Shown one piece after another: positions 27,301-39,300 of a DNA stretch of 61,393 nt (positions within the stretch are counted from its first letter, which is position 1; the number at the start of each line of letters is the position of its first letter). The position numbers were made by a program, and so were the translations under genes. A model generated the notes under the pieces. It did not search any database and was not told where the DNA came from. It saw nothing but the letters and a program-made list of their open reading frames with translations. The DNA is from Chiloscyllium plagiosum (taxonomy: Eukaryota): positions 10,432,911 through 10,494,303 of the forward strand of contig NC_057756.1 in the NCBI RefSeq assembly GCF_004010195.1, given 5' to 3'.

Positions 27301-30300
27301 TCCAATTCCAACCAAGGGTATTAACATCAATTTGTTCACTCCACAGGGATTGGGAAGGTTCCTGGAACAGGTATTTATTTTAATTTATAATCTTAATTTT
27401 TGTCAATTGTGTCATCTATGCTTCATTCTAATTTGGAACAGCAGTAACTCTGAGGGACAGAAAAGTCTCAGTTTCCCCAGGACGATTCAATGATCCAGAC
27501 CATCCCACAGCTCCTTCACATCCTTTTCATGTGGATGAAATATGTAAACATCAGATTATTATGTCCTAAATATTAATGAAAATGATTCATACATTTCTGG
27601 AATCCAAAATTCCCAATCTAGAAGATCTGCTCATTCAATGAATTCACTTTATTATGTTTCATCAGTTTACCCAGAATTACCCGGGCTCTCTGAATTAATC
27701 TGATCACAAAAGATTCAATTTAATTACAAAGTGTGACTTAAAATTTAACTCTTTCTGACCTGCCCTGAGGTGGGCTGCTAACAGGACAGCAGTCAGGATC
27801 TACTGTATCACACACAATTATTGCTCATTCCTGTCAGGGATAAACACTGGAAACAGTTAAATCCTGATCAGAGCTTTTCGGCAGAGATAGAATTTTTACA
27901 GGGACTGATTAATCTGCGCTTTCCCAATTTGATTAACAGTAATTAACCCTAAAATTCAAACACAATGAAAATATCTGTTATCCATATGAAATGCTGTCTT
28001 TGGGTTTTCCTTCATTCTGCTATGTCAATCAATTGCAGTGAAATGTCTATTTTTCAATTGATCTTTCAATTTCCAGTGGAGACAATGTTAACACCAATCC
28101 ATCTCTCCCACAGGAGTGATAATACCTCCCCCCTTGGGTAAATATATCCCCTCATTTTCTTCATTCATGAAATGTGATACTCAGTTTTAGTGTGATAATG
28201 TTGTTGCAATCTGTGAGCATGTATCACATCATTTTATTATTGCACCACTGATTGCCATTCATTCCTATGTTCCTACACTATTAAGATTAGATTCCTACAC
28301 TATTAACAGTGGTTAGCACTGTTGCCTCACAGCGCCAGAGACCCGGGTTCAATTCCCGCCTCAGGCGACTGACTGTGTGGAGTTTGCACATTCTCCCCGT
28401 GTCTGCGTGGGTTTCCTCCGGGTGCTCCGGTTTCCTCCCACAGTCCAAAGATGTGNNNNNNNNNNNNNNNNNNNNNNNNTAATCTAATCTAATCTAATCT
28501 AATCTAATCTACACTATTAACTATGTACATCTCCTGTTGTCAACTTTGGTGAGTAAGCAATTGCATTTTTTTGCAAGCATTTTGGTTTCAGTGTCTTTCT
28601 TCCATCGGAAATGCTGAAATTCTTCACTTTGGCAATCCCTGAATTCACAGCATTACACGTCACAAATCTGTATGGTTCATTCCCCAGTGTGAACTATGAA
28701 AGCCACTCTGTGTGGAGGCACTGATAGGAAGGAAAGGTGAAAGTGGTTATCAAATTCTAAATTATATGTTATTCCCCTGCCCTGAGGTGTGATTATTACC
28801 CAGAACCCATTTAGGATTGCTGATGTTTTAATATGATTACTGTTCTCTGTCGTTGTCTTCAGACATTTAATATCATGTCATACATGACTAAACATGTACA
28901 GAAGTATCCTCTGAGCTCCTTAATCATCTCTCCTCTCAAGGTATCTCTGGCCCTTAATTACTATTGGCTGTACACATCAGTACAACCGATGCTAATTTAA
29001 CAGTGACAATCATTTCTATATGAACAACAAGGCTTCCCGGACACGGTTAATAGGAAGTGTTTAATGTAGGCAGAAATGAGATTAATTCTACAAGATGGAG
29101 CTGTTAAATGCAATGAGGGAAAAGTCAATCTGTGTTGGCTCATTTTAATTGGTAAATATCGATTGGTTTATTGGCTGTAATAGTACTCCTCCATATGATC
29201 AGATGTAATAAGTTAGAAGGAAATAATTGACTGGGCAGTATTTTGCAGACAGCTTTTAGTTCGAGACCTCCATATATCTCCCAGAAAATAAATGGAAGAG
29301 ATGAAGTAACAAGTCTATCAGTTATGTTGTTGAATTAAATTATCACCCATTCTGTCCAGTATTGCTGCATGTGTCAGGGCTCTGCAGGATAGTAACATCA
29401 ATCTATTCAATCAGCAGGAGCTGGGAAATTTCCTGGACCTGGTAATTATCTTAATTCATGATGCGAATTTTGCTCAGTATTGTCACATATACTTCATCAC
29501 AAATTGTAAAAGCAGTAATTCCGAGGGACAGAAAGATTCACAAAATCTCCAGCATATTTTAGTTATGTAGATCATGCCTCAGTTCATTTGTACCTTTTTA
29601 TGTCTAAGAAATATGCAAGTATCAGGTTAAATACTAATAAGCCAAATTAATGTTGAGTGGACAGCAAACGTTGACACAAATCTGTGGAATCCAATTGATT
29701 TCTTTGTGGACAGTAACATCAATCTGTTCTTTCCACAGGAGGTCAGAAATTTCCTGCATCCGGTAATTATTTTAATTCATATCCTTAATTTTCCTCAATG
29801 TGGTCACCTATCTTCATCACAAATTGTAATGGCAGTAAATCTGAGAGACAAAAATATTTCAGTTCTACAGATGTCCTGATATATAGATTTTATAATTCAT
29901 GTCCTTAACTTTCCTCAATTTTGTCACCTGTGCTTCATCACAAATTGTAATGATAGTAAATGTGAGGGACAAAAATATTCACAAAACCATAACACATTTC
30001 AATTGTACAGGTCATCCGATAGCTCATCCACATCCTTTATATGTGTGTATGAAATATGTATATCAGGTTACTTTATCTTAAATATTAATGAAAATAAATG
30101 ATAGAGTGTGGATTGTCAAAGATGAACCAAATTTTTAGAATCCAAAATTCCCATTCTAGAAAATATATTCGTCAATGAACTCAGTTTATTCGGTTTTAAC
30201 AGATTGTCCATCTATCTCACATGCACTCTGAATGAATCTAATCACAAAAGATTAAGCTTGATCCCAAAGAGTGACTTAGAATATAAATGTTTCTGCAAAG

Positions 30301-33300
30301 TTTGTGAAGGTTTGTGGCTCAGGTTGAGGTTTAGGGTGTAGGTTTGCTCGCTGAGCTGTAGGTTTGATATCCAGATGTTTCATTACCTGGCTAGGTAACA
30401 TCATCAGTGGCAACCTCCAAGTGAAGCGAAGCTGTTGTCTCCTGCTTTCTATTTATATGTTTGCCCTGGATGGGGTTCCTGGGGTTTGTGGTGATGTCAT
30501 TTCCTGTTCGTTTTCTGAGGGGTTGATAGATGGCATCTAGATCTATGTGTTTGTTTATGGCGTTGTGGTTGGAGTGCCAGGCCTCTAGGAATTCTCTGGC
30601 ATGAGTTTGCTTAGCCTGTCCCAGGATAGATGTGTTGTCCCAGTCGAAATGGTGTATTTTTTCATCCGTGTGTAGGGCTACGAGGGAGAGAGCGTCTTGT
30701 CTTTTTGTGGCTAGCTGGTGTTCGTGTATCCTGGTGGCTAACTTTCTTCCTGTTTGTCCTACATAGTGTTTNNNNNNNNNNNNNNNNNNNNNNNNNNNNN
30801 NNNNNNNNNNNNNNNNNNNNNNNNNNNNNNNNNNNNNNNNNNNNNNNNNNNNNNNNNNNNNNNNNNNNNNNNNNNNNNNNNNNNNNNNNNNNNNNNNNNN
30901 NNNNNNNNNNNNNNNNNNNNNNNNNNNNNNNNNNNNNNNNNNNNNNNNNNNAGGTAACATCATCAGTGGTGACCTCCAAGTGAAGTGAAGCTGTTGTCTC
31001 CTGCTTTCTATTTATATGTTTGTCCTGGATGGGGTTCCTGGGGTTTGTGGTGATGTCATTTCCTGTTCATTTTCTGAGGGGTGGATAGATGGCATCTAGA
31101 TCTTTGTGTTTGTTTATGGCGTTGTGGTTGGAGTGCCTGGCCTCTAGGAATTCTCTGGTATGTCTTTGTTTAGCCTGTCCCAGGATAGATGTTTTGTCCC
31201 AGTCGAAATGGTGGTTTTATTCATCCATGTGTAGGGCTATGAGGGAGCGAGGGTCGTGTCTTTTTGTGGCTAGCTGGTGTTCGTGTATCCTGGTGGCTAA
31301 CTTTCTTCCTGTTTGTCCTACATAGTGTTTGTGGCAGTGCTTGCATGGAATTTTGTAGACGATGTTGGTTTTGTCCATGGGTTGTACTGGGTCTTTTAAG
31401 TTTGTTAGTTTTTGTTTGAGAGTGTTGGTGGGTTAGTGTGCTACTAGGATTCCGAGGGGTCTTAGTAGTCTGGCTGTCATTTCTGAAACTTAGAGGAAAT
31501 AGAGGAAGATTAAACAATGATCTCATTCGACGTAACAGCACTGTTCACCTCCATCAACATCGACCTGGTAAAGGAAACACCACACTTTTAGAAGAGAACA
31601 TCACACACACCCCAACCACCATCAGTCACATTACCAACGAAAACATCATGAAGCTAGTGGACCTGTGCCTCACCACCCACTTCACCTTCAACAACATAGT
31701 CTACAAACAAACCAACGGCACACCCATGGGATCTCCGCTATCAGGACTCGTAGCAGAAGCGGTAATGCAAAGACTACAACAAACAGCCCTACCTACCATC
31801 AAACCAAAAATCTGGGTCTGCTACGTAGATGACACCCTTGTCATCACAAAACGAAACAAGATAGAAGAGACATTTAACATCATCAACAACACCCTCACAG
31901 GCATAAAGTTCACCAAGGAGGAAGAAACCGACAACAAACTCGCATTCCTGGACGTCACAGTCGAGAGAAAGGACAGCGGAGAACTACAAACCTGCATATA
32001 CAGAAAACCGACAAACACTGACCAAATACTCAACTACACCAGCAACCATCCCAACACACACAAACAAAGCTGTATCAGAACACTATTCCGCTGAGCCATC
32101 TCACACTGCAGCACAGACAAACTTCAGAAAACAGAGGAGAACCACCTATACAACGTATTCAAGACGAATGGATACTCAAAAAATACAGTGCACAGATTCC
32201 TCAGGAACAAACCATGACAAGCAGACCAAACACAGCCAGAAACCCTAACCACCTTACCATACATCCACGAACACCAGCTAGCTATAAAAAGACACGACCC
32301 TCTCTCCCTCGTAGCCCTACACATGGAGGAAACAAGCCACCATTTTGACTGGGACAACACATCTATCCTGGGACAGGCTAAGCAAAGACATGCCAGAGGA
32401 TTCCTAGAGGCCTGGCACTCCAACCATAACGCCATAAACAAACACATCGATCTAGATACCATCTATCAACACCTCAGAAAACGAACAGGAAATGACATCA
32501 CCACAAACCCCAGGAACCCCATCCAGGACAAACATATAAATAGAAAGCAGGAGACAACAGCTTTGCTTCACTTGGAGGTCGCCACTGATGCTATTACCTA
32601 GCCAGGTAACGAAACATCTGGATAGCAAACGTACAGCTCAGCGAGCAAACCTACACCCATAAATGTTCTGTCCTGAGGTATGATTGTTAACCATACCACA
32701 GTCAACACCTGTTGTATAACACAATAATTATTCATTCGTACGGGGGATAAACATCACAATTCATAATCTACCCCTTTAGGCAGAGATAGAATTTTTGCAG
32801 GGGTAATTAATCTACATTGACCCCATTTCATTAATTGTATTTTACTCTGAAATTCAAATGTGTTGGAAACTGTAAAGAGTATAAGACGCAGGACGTTAAT
32901 GACGTTAATGAGGCCACTTTCAGTTCTGGTCATCACATTATAAGAAAGACGCTATTAAATTGGAAAGGGTACAGAAAAGATTTATGAGGAAAGTACTGAA
33001 ACTGAACGGTGTGAGTTATAAGGAGAGGCTGGATAGGCTCTATTTTGAGGCTGGATAAGACCTATTTCGACTGAAACATCGGAGGTCGAGGGGTCATCTA
33101 TCCATCTCTGTCTTAAATATACTCAATGACTTAGTCTACACAGCCTTCTATGACAATAAGTTTCACAGAGTCACCACCTTTTTGATAAAGAATGTCCTCC
33201 TCTTCTCTGTAATAAAGAATCATCCCTTCATTCTGAGGCTGTGCCTTCTGGTCTTAGTCTCTCCTACTAGATGAGAGGGGAAAGATTTAAAAGAGACTTG

Positions 33301-36300
33301 AGGGGCAACTTTTACATGCTAAGGGAGGTGCGTGTATGGAATGAGTCATAGAGTCATAGAGATGTACTGCATGGAAACAGATCCTTCAGTCCAACTTGCT
33401 GATCAGATATTCCAACCCAATCTAGTCCTACCAGCCAACACCCGGCCCATATCCATCCAAACCCTTCCCATTCATATACCCATCCAGATGCCTTTTAAAT
33501 GCTATAAATGTACCAGTCTCCACCACGTCCTCTGGCAGCTCATTCCATACACACACCATCCTCTGTGTGAAAAAGTTCCCCTTAGGTCTCTTTTATATCT
33601 TTCCCCTCTCACCCTAAACCTATGCCCTCTAGTTCTGGACTCCCCACCCCAGGGAAAAGACCTTGTCTATTTATCGTATCCATGCCCCTCATGATTTTAT
33701 AAACCTCTATAAGGTCACCCCTCAGCCTCCGACGCTCCAGGAAAAACAGCCCGACGGAGGAAGTGGTGGAGGCTGGTATAATTACCACATTTCAAAGACA
33801 TTTGGACAGGTACAGGAATAGGAAGAGTTTAGAGGGATTTGGGTCAAATGCGGGCAAATGGGACTACTTCAGATTAGGAAACCCGGCCTGCATGGAGGAG
33901 TTGGGCCGAAGGGCCTGTTCCTGTTCTGCTTGCCTCTGTGACTCCCTGCTGATTTTGTTAAAATCTCCAATTCCAACCGAGGGTATTAACACCAATCTGT
34001 TCACTCCACAGGGGCTGGGAAGGTTCCTGGAACAGGTATTTATTTTAAATCTTACTCTTAATTTTTGTCAATTGTGTCATCTGTGCTTCATTCTAATTTG
34101 GAACAGCAGTAACTCTGAGGGACAGAAAAGTCTCAGATTCCCCAGGACAATTCAATGATCCAGACCATCCCACAGCTCCTTCACATCCTTTTCATGTGGA
34201 TGAAATATGTAAACATCAGATTATTATGTCCTAAATATTAAAGAAAGTAATTCATACAGCGAGTGCAGGCTAAGTTGTAGCAAATTTCTGGAATCCAAAA
34301 TTTCCAATCTAGAAAATCTGCTCATTTAATGAATTCACTTTATTATGTTTCAAAGTTTACCCAGAATTACCCTGCGCTTTCTGAATTAATCTGATCACAA
34401 AAGATTCAATTTAGTTACAAAGTGTGACTTAAAGTTTAGTTCTTTCTGACCTGCCCTGAGGTGGGTTGTTAACCGGACAGCAGTCAGGATCTACTGTATC
34501 ACACAATAATTGTTCATTCATATGGGGGATACAGTATGCGCTGGAAATAGATGAATCCTGATTAGGGCTTTTAGGCAGAGATAGAATTTTTACAGGAGCT
34601 GATTAATTTGCACATTCCCGGTTTGAAAAACAGTAGTCAACCCGAAAATTCAAACATGATAGAAATATCTGTTATCCATATGAAATGCTGTCTTTGGGGT
34701 TTCCTTCATTCTGATATGTCAATTAATTGCAGTGAAATGCTTATTTTTAAACTGATCTTTCAATTTCCAGTGGAGACAATGTTAAAACCAATCCATCTCT
34801 TCCACAGGAATGATAATACCTCCCCCCTTGGGTAAATATATCCCCTCATTTTCTTCATTCTCAGCTTGAGTGTGATGTCGTTCCAGTCTGTGAGCATGTA
34901 TCACATCAGTAGATCATTACAACACTGATTGCTATTCATTCCCATGTTCCTACACTATTGACTGTGTACATCGCCTATTGTCAACTTTGGTGAGTAAGCA
35001 ATTGAATTTTCTTTAGCAACAATTTTGGTTTCAACGTGTCTTTCTTCCACCAGAAGTGCTGAAATTGTTCACTTTAGTAAATCCCTTATTTCAGAGAATT
35101 GCGGGACACAGATTTTCACAGTTCATTCATCAGTGCGAATTATGAGAGTCACTCTGTGTGGAGGCACTGGTAGGAAGGAAAGGTGGGAGTTCTTATCAAA
35201 TTATACTCCCCTGCCTTGAGGTGCGATCATTAACCAGATCCCAGTCGGCATTGCTGATCTGCTCACACAATGACAGTTCTTTCTCATTGTCTTCAAGCAT
35301 TTAACATTTTACGTCACGTCGAATATGTCTGAATGTGTATAAAAGTGCCCTTGAGCTCAGTAGTCATCTACCCTTTATCAATGGTACCCCGGCCCTTAAA
35401 ACTATTGACTGGAAACATGAAGGCTGATGTTAATTTAACATCCATTATCATTCCTGTATGAATATAAAGGATGACCTTCTCATGGCCGTTAGGAAGTGTC
35501 AATGCAGACTTAATAATTCTTCTGAAAGGAACTTTTAAATGAAATGAGGAAAAGTTCAATCTAGTTGGGTCATTTTAACCTGTCAATATAGTTTGGCGTT
35601 TGGGTGGGTTTCCTCCACTGACTTGATGGTTGCTTTGTCATACAGAATGCTGCCAGCAGCACGGTTTCAAATCCTACCCTGGCTGAAATGACCATCAACG
35701 TCCCACCTTTTGAACCTCTCCAAGTGACTGAGGCATTGTGACATCGCCCCCCCCCCACTTCCTGGTCGTTTCTCTGCCTCTCCAATGAAAGAGCAGCCCT
35801 CTGGGACTTTACTCACTTTGAACAGGCGTGGTATGTCAGAAAGAAAAATTGACTGATGAATATTTGCTGAAAGTTTTAGGGTTTGAGACCTTGATGTATA
35901 ATCCAGATGACGAATAAATGATGAATGAGGTGAAGCAGTAAGTGTATCAACTAGATGAAAACAATGGCTGCAGATGCTGGAAACCAGAGTCAAGATTAGA
36001 GTGGTGCTGGAAAAGCACAGCAGTTCAGGCAGCATCCGAGGAGAAGGAAAATCAACATTTTTGGTAAAAGCCCTTCATCAGGGCTACCTTCCTGATAAAG
36101 GGCTTTTGCCTGAAATGTCGATTTTACTGGTCCTCGGATATCTGCCTGAACTGCTGTGCTTTTCCACCATCACTCTAATCTAGTAAGTGTATCAGTGTTA
36201 TGTTGTTAAATTAAGTTATTACACATTGTAGACCAGTAGTGCTGAATTTTTCAGGCTGCACTGATTCTGTTAAAATCTCCAATTCTAACTGATCTCTCTC

Positions 36301-39300
36301 TCGAGGATACTAATCTATTCATTCCACAGAAGTTCAGAAGTCTCCTGGCCATGGTAATGATTAATTTGGCTCAATTTTGTCACCTATGCCTGCATTCTAA
36401 ATTGCGAAGGCAGTAATTCTGAGGGTGTTTACAATTCCCCAGTACAGTTCTGTTATGTAGCTCATCCCACAGCCCATTCACATCTGTTTCACTGGCTAGA
36501 GACATCTAAAGAACAGCCTGTTCTGTTCTCAACATTAAAGAGAAGGAGTGAACATTAAACGGGCAGTCAATGTTAGCATAAATTTCTTGAGTCCAAATTC
36601 TTGCAAATCCATTCATTCAATTAATTCACTTTACTGTGTTTTAACAGATCATCCTGAATGGTCACACACACTCTGAGTTAATCTGTTTACAAATAATAAA
36701 CTTTCATCCCAAAGAGTTACTTCACACGTCAATGTTTCTGATCTGCCCTGACGTGTGATTATTGACCAGCCTACGGTCAAACTCTACTGGACGACACAAC
36801 AATTGTTCATTCAGTTGGGAGATAAACACTAGAAATATATGACTCAAGGATCCAGCCTCCAGGCAGAGAAAGATTTTTTTTGCGTTCACTCAAGGGATGT
36901 AGGTGTCACTGGCTGGGTCCAGTATTTATCGCCCCATCTCTAGTTGCCCCCTTTGGGAAGGTGGGAGTGAGCTGCCTTCTTGACCCGCTGCAGTCCATGT
37001 GCTGTAGGGTAGACCCACAATGTCCCTGAGGGAGGGAATCCCAGGATTCTGACTCAGGAAGGAATGGCCGATATATTTCCAAGTCAGGATGCAGAGGGGA
37101 AATTGCAGAGGGTGGTGTTCCCATGTATCTGTTGCCCCTTGTCCTTCTAGATGGAAGTAGCCGTGGGTTTGGGAGGTGCTGCCTAAGGATCTTTAGTGAG
37201 TTTCTGCAGTGCATCTTGTAGCTGTTACTGAGCGTCAGTGGGGGGAGGGAGGGGATGGTACACACTGCTGTTACTGAGCGTCAGTGGGGGAGGGAGAGGA
37301 TGTTTGTGGATGTGGGACCAATCAAGTGGGGACTGCTTTATCCTGGATGGTGTCGAGCATCTTGAATGTTGGAGCTGTGCCCATCCAGGGGTAAGTGGGG
37401 AGTATTCCCTCACCCTCCTGACTCGTGCCTTGTAGACAAATGTGAAGTAACTTTGCCTGATGTAGGGGCAGTGCTCTGACAGCCTGTGATTTCAAATAGA
37501 CCTGATAACCTGGTGTCTATCTGACCTTGTCCACGGCAGTGCAACACCGGCACCTCCACATAATGATAAATTTGCTTGTTACACAGCAGCAGTTTAACCT
37601 GCCACTCCTGGGAAATGATCCTATCTCCTTTTAATTTTAAATAATTCATTCTAGGTTCTGGGGCTGGAGGGTTTGAGCTATAAGGAGAGGCTGGATAGGC
37701 TGGGAATTCTTTTCCCTGGAGCGTAGGATGCTGAAGGGTGACCTTATAGAAGTTTATAAAATCATGAGGGGCATGGACAGGGTGAATAACAAAAATCCTT
37801 TCCCCTATGGTAGAGGGTTTCAAAACTAGAAGGCATAGCATTAAGGTTGGGGGGGGGAAGATTTAAAAGGCACCTAAGGGGCAACTCTTTCACACCGAGG
37901 GTGGAATGAGCTGCCAGAGGAAGTGGTGGAGGCCGGTACAATGACAACATTTGAAAGGCATCTGGATGGGTTCATGAATAGGAAGGGTTTGGAGGGATAT
38001 GGGCCAATTGTTGGCAAATGGGGCTACATTAATTTTGAATATCTGGATGACTTGGGTCCAGCACCACTAATCCAGAATCTGTTTCTCTCCTATATAACTC
38101 TGACTCTATAAAAATGTTTGACTTTGTTGTCATTGGCGGCAGTGATGTTTTGTAATGAGACTGTTCAGGGATGTTAGCACTCACCTCTGGAGCAGTTGGG
38201 ATTTGAACGCAGACCTCCCAGCTCAGTGGTAGGGACACTATTACTGCAGTACAAAAATCCTTTTCCCTTCTGTTAGATGTGAGATAGGGAAACTGAATTA
38301 GCATGGGTGTGAATAAATCATGTGAATTTTGATTTTACTAGAAATGTATTGCAAATAGTAAGCTGTGCAGAGCTGAATGTATCTATCGCGGTACTAATTG
38401 TTGTAATATTAATTTCCAAAGTATTATTTTGACATTGCTAACCCAATTCTTTCTACTCCTCAGGAGGTGGAAAAGATACTGCTTATGGTACATATTTTAA
38501 TTCAGAAACTTCTTTCAATGTTACTTCATGGGGAAATTCAGGAAACCCGTGCACAGTCTGAGCAACAAAATACTGTACCTGAATAAACCCGATCGAATTC
38601 TTATGGAATGGAGGTTGGCCATTTGTTCCATCGAAATGACCCTCTAAAGAGCCTTCCTGGTTACCTGCTGCTCCTGTGTGCTAGCCTTCTGTGATTTGTG
38701 CGCAAGTACCCCCAAGTGATTTAGAGTTTCAGCTTTCTCAGTTTAACTCATACTGGGTGCATTTGTTTACCCTTCCAAAATGAAGTTGATTTTTTTTATT
38801 TTTATTGAAAATTTAACATATTTTTACAAGTTTACAAATAAAAAAGACAAGTATAAACATTAATATACAATTAAATCTTAAATAAATAATAACCAAAATC
38901 TATCAAACAGAAAAAAAGAGATACCAAGAGAAAAAAAACAAAACTCAACTAACTACTGATCTAATCTACAACTAACCAGAGTGTAGAATTAAGTCTCTTA
39001 CATAGTTCAGGGAAACAGAAAAACAACAGATAACACAGAAATTGGGTAGTGAGATAAATGCTCAGAATTGTGTTAACATCAAATCATAATAAATCCCGTA
39101 TTCGTGCGGGATTCCTCTCCCAAGGGGCCCCGGGCCAGCCAGGTTCACCATCTCAATTAAATAAAAGCCCTTGTTAGGATGGCCAAAAAATCTGTATTTG
39201 TGTAATTCAAGAAGGGCTGCCATATTTATGGAATAATTCGGTCTTTTGGTGCACCATATTTGTAAGGAAGTCAAGGGGAATACATTCCATAATTAATCTT

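Larger units (their letters stand above)
14460..36870 (+). repeat. Tandem segmental duplication: four copies of a ~4.3-5 kb four-exon cassette (A-B-C-D)
   Basis: Homologous intron text recurs in the same order; A exons at 15171, 19499, 24320 and 29418, next homologous exon at 36330; shared CR1/LTR composite in every B-C intron. Confidence 0.92.

Noticed and set aside
15102..34158. Recurring ORF-track peptides such as NPQELGKFLDLVIILIH and TPQGLGRFLEQVFIL
   Set aside because: These are read-throughs of intron, micro-exon (wrong frame) and intron within the duplicated cassettes. Length and start codon are not conserved between copies.
14460..36870. CRISPR-like repeat/spacer interpretation
   Set aside because: Eukaryotic DNA; the 'spacers' are kb-long and homologous to each other; no cas genes.
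338..38487. Micro-exon array as an Ig/TCR J or D segment cluster
   Set aside because: No consistent heptamer/nonamer RSS and no FGxG/WGxG motif; each unit has a genuine splice acceptor.
338..38487. Array as a collagen or SCPP gene
   Set aside because: An 8-codon period is incompatible with continuous Gly-X-Y. SCPP coding exons are phase 0 and often carry SxE motifs, whereas these are phase 1.
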